A program made the position numbers and the translations under genes. From an uncultured Chloroflexia bacterium (GTDB lineage Bacteria; Chloroflexota; UBA6077; JACCZL01), in NCBI GenBank assembly GCA_963765765.1, contig CAVXYC010000009.1, positions 1 through 20,499 of the forward strand: 20,499 bases of DNA, in the 5' to 3' direction. Shown in pieces: positions 18,367 through 20,499 of the stretch. The notes under the pieces are model-generated. The model was not told where the DNA came from, ran no database searches, and saw only the letters and a program-made list of their open reading frames with translations. Numbering within the stretch: position 1 is the first letter of the stretch; every line of letters starts with the position of its first letter.

Positions 18367-20096
18367 GCCTATTTCGTGTGTGGGCGCCCGCGGCCAATTC
18401 TGTTGAGCTTGTTACACCGAACAGTCGAACCAGGATGCGCGCGGCAGAACAGGGCTGGTGGGCTCTGGACATGTCTGCAACCGACTACGCGTTCAGTCTC
18501 GACGGTGGTCCGCCACTGCCCGACCCTCGATCTGGATGGCAACCGTCAGGCGTGCACGGTATGTCACGGCGCGTTGATCATGAGCTGTTTGATTGGACGG
18601 ATGAAGGATGGCAAGCGCCGCCACTGGGCTCCGCCATCATCTACGAGATGCACGTTGGGACGTTTACGCCTGAAGGAACGTTCGACTCGGCAATCGAACG
18701 ACTGGGCCATCTTCAACAACTTGGGGTGACCCACGTTGAGATCATGCCAGTGGCCGAGTTTCCCGGGGCTCGCGGGTGGGGATATGACGGTGTAGCGCTG
18801 TACGCGCCGCACCATGCCTACGGTGGTCCTGATGCGCTGAAACGCCTGGTCAATGCCTGCCATGAGCAGGGGCTAGCGGTACTGCTCGATGTGGTCTACA
18901 ACCACCTGGGGCCAGACGGAAATTACCTTGGCCAGTTTGGTCCGTACTTTACAGACAAGTACGCCACCCCATGGGGCCAGGCCGTCAATCTAGACGGCGA
19001 GGCAAGCGACGAAGTCCGCCGATTTTTCATCGACAACGCGCTGATGTGGCTACGCGAGTATCACTTCGACGGGCTCCGGCTTGATGCCGTGCACGCCATT
19101 TTCGATACATCCGCCGTGAACTTCCTGGAGGAGCTTGCCCTTGAGGTTTCCGAGCTGGAAATCAAGCTTGGTCGACATTTAGTGCTCGTCGCCGAGAGCG
19201 ATCGCAATGATCCGCGGCTACTCTGGGCGCGTGAGCGCGGCGGCTATGGCCTCACCGCGCAATGGAGCGACGATTTTCATCATGCCGTGCATGCCGTGCT
19301 TACCGGCGAGCGGAATGGCTACTACACGGATTTCGGTCGGATTGAGCACGTTGCCCGGGCGTTAGAGCACGGCTTCGTATACGACGGACGGTATTCAGAC
19401 TTCCGTAAGAAGCACCACGGTCGACCCGCCGAAGGAGTCTCCGGCGATCGATTCATAAGCTTCATGCAGAACCACGATCAGATCGGCAATCGCGCACGTG
19501 GAGAGCGCAGTACGCATCTGATGAGCGTCGGTAGGCTTAAGGTGGGCGCGGCGCTCCTACTTACGTCCCCCTTCACCCCGATGCTCTTTCAGGGGGAAGA
19601 ATGGGCCGCGAGTGCACCGTTCCTGTACTTCACCGATCACCAAGATGCGAGCCTCGCCAGGGCCGTGACTGAAGGTCGACGGACAGAGTTCGCGGCTTTC
19701 AGCTGGGACATGAACTCAATTCCGGATCCACAGGCTGAGACCTCATTTCTCGATTCCAAGTTGAGCTGGGACGAAATCTCAAATGAGACCCACGCAGAGA
19801 TGCTGGAGTGGCATCGGCAGCTCATCGAGCTCCGGCGCCGTTCTCCTGACCTGAGCAACGGACGTATGGATGAGACGCGGCTGACGTATGAAGAGGACCA
19901 GGCGTGGATTGTGATTCAGCGCGGATCCATTATGGTGGCGAGCAATCTTTCCAGTGTCGTTCAGGAGATCCATCTTCCCTGCGACGCATCGGAAATTCTC
20001 CAGACCTCAGACGTTCAAACGCGATTGTCCGGGAACAGCGTCAGACTCTCTCCAGACTCAGTAGCGATATTGCGCTCACCGACTGACGATTACTGA
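18363..20096 (+). CDS. treZ: Malto-oligosyltrehalose trehalohydrolase (GH13)
   Basis: FRVWAP, YEMHVGTFT, WGYDGV, DVVYNH, GLRLDAVHA, QWSDDFHH, QNHDQIGNR and LFQGEEW motifs. The TTG start overlaps the treY stop (TTGA). Confidence 0.96.
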   Translation: MSLFRVWAPAANSVELVTPNSRTRMRAAEQGWWALDMSATDYAFSLDGGPPLPDPRSGWQPSGVHGMSRRVDHELFDWTDEGWQAPPLGSAIIYEMHVGTFTPEGTFDSAIERLGHLQQLGVTHVEIMPVAEFPGARGWGYDGVALYAPHHAYGGPDALKRLVNACHEQGLAVLLDVVYNHLGPDGNYLGQFGPYFTDKYATPWGQAVNLDGEASDEVRRFFIDNALMWLREYHFDGLRLDAVHAIFDTSAVNFLEELALEVSELEIKLGRHLVLVAESDRNDPRLLWARERGGYGLTAQWSDDFHHAVHAVLTGERNGYYTDFGRIEHVARALEHGFVYDGRYSDFRKKHHGRPAEGVSGDRFISFMQNHDQIGNRARGERSTHLMSVGRLKVGAALLLTSPFTPMLFQGEEWAASAPFLYFTDHQDASLARAVTEGRRTEFAAFSWDMNSIPDPQAETSFLDSKLSWDEISNETHAEMLEWHRQLIELRRRSPDLSNGRMDETRLTYEEDQAWIVIQRGSIMVASNLSSVVQEIHLPCDASEILQTSDVQTRLSGNSVRLSPDSVAILRSPTDDY

Positions 20097-20339
20097 CACC
20101 GCATAAGTGCGCACGTGGAATGATGTCGCGGATGATGAAGATACGGACAACGATTGTGACGACGCTATCGTGATGAATCTGAATAGCGGAGCCTTCCGCT
20201 AATCTACTTCTCCCCTATCTCCTCCCGTCACCAGGGGTCGGTGATTCGGCACCTGGCGCTCGTGGTGAAAAGCCTTCCTGAACGGGAGGTCTTTATGATT
20301 TGTCCCATATCCCCTCGCCGCAGTAAGGTTGGACGGCGC

Positions 20340-20369
20340 TTGCTCGCGCCCGGATTGGTCTGTTAGAGT
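20340..20369 (+). promoter_or_regulatory. Possible extended -10 promoter for the riboswitch transcript
   Basis: TTGCTC-18 nt-TAGAGT with TGn before the -10, ~25 nt upstream of the aptamer. Confidence 0.35.
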
Positions 20370-20394
20370 ACCTGCTAACAAGTGAATACACGCC

Positions 20395-20499
20395 CTTATC
20401 AAGAGAGGTGGAGGGAGACGGCCCGATGAAGCCCGGCAACCCCCCGCTCGTCAAGACGGATGAACGTAGTGACGCGCAGGCAGGTGCCAATTCCGCCAG
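20395..20499 (+). ncRNA. SAM-I (S-box) riboswitch aptamer, truncated by the window end
   Basis: CTTATCAAGAGAGGTGGAGGGAGACGGCCCGATGAAGCCCGGCAACC...GGTGCCAATTCCGCCAG matches the SAM-I core (AUC, kink-turn, GCAACC, GGUGCCAAUUCC). P4 and the 3' strand of P1 lie outside the window. Confidence 0.92.

Noticed and set aside
3899-19973. Numerous antisense and alternate-frame ORFs in the track (e.g. 3899-4726, 11959-12693, 14736-15704)
   Set aside because: Shadow ORFs expected in GC-rich DNA. They overlap well-supported genes and lack motifs.
1-20499. CRISPR array, tRNA/rRNA, transposase, integrase, retron/DGR RT
   Set aside because: No regularly spaced repeats, cloverleaf, DDE, tyrosine-recombinase or RT motifs were seen.

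Overview
A high-GC bacterial chromosomal window. The Pro/Ala-tethered lipoprotein SBP, the GTCATC-type palindromes and the gene mix suggest Chloroflexota, which is an inference only. From left to right it holds: a 5'-truncated protein combining PLL-type lectin and Asp-box beta-propellers; an SRPBCC gene with a sigma70 promoter overlapped by an operator-like palindrome; a half-gene paralogous to the membrane protein at 9952-10722; an orphan ABC solute-binding lipoprotein; a low-GC two-gene insert (an ~880-aa Type IIG-like N6-adenine methyltransferase with an apparently non-catalytic nuclease-like N-terminus, plus an overlapping His-motif unknown gene) that is the best candidate for an undescribed defence system; gpmA; a GTAG REPIN; a YflT-like/membrane-protein stress pair behind a sigma54-type promoter; LLM and FAD oxidoreductases; an OphB-like Gfo/Idh/MocA dehydrogenase; treY-treZ; and a SAM-I riboswitch cut by the right edge. 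About a dozen single-base indels split otherwise intact genes and are most likely long-read consensus errors. No CRISPR, tRNA, rRNA, integrase or transposase was seen.
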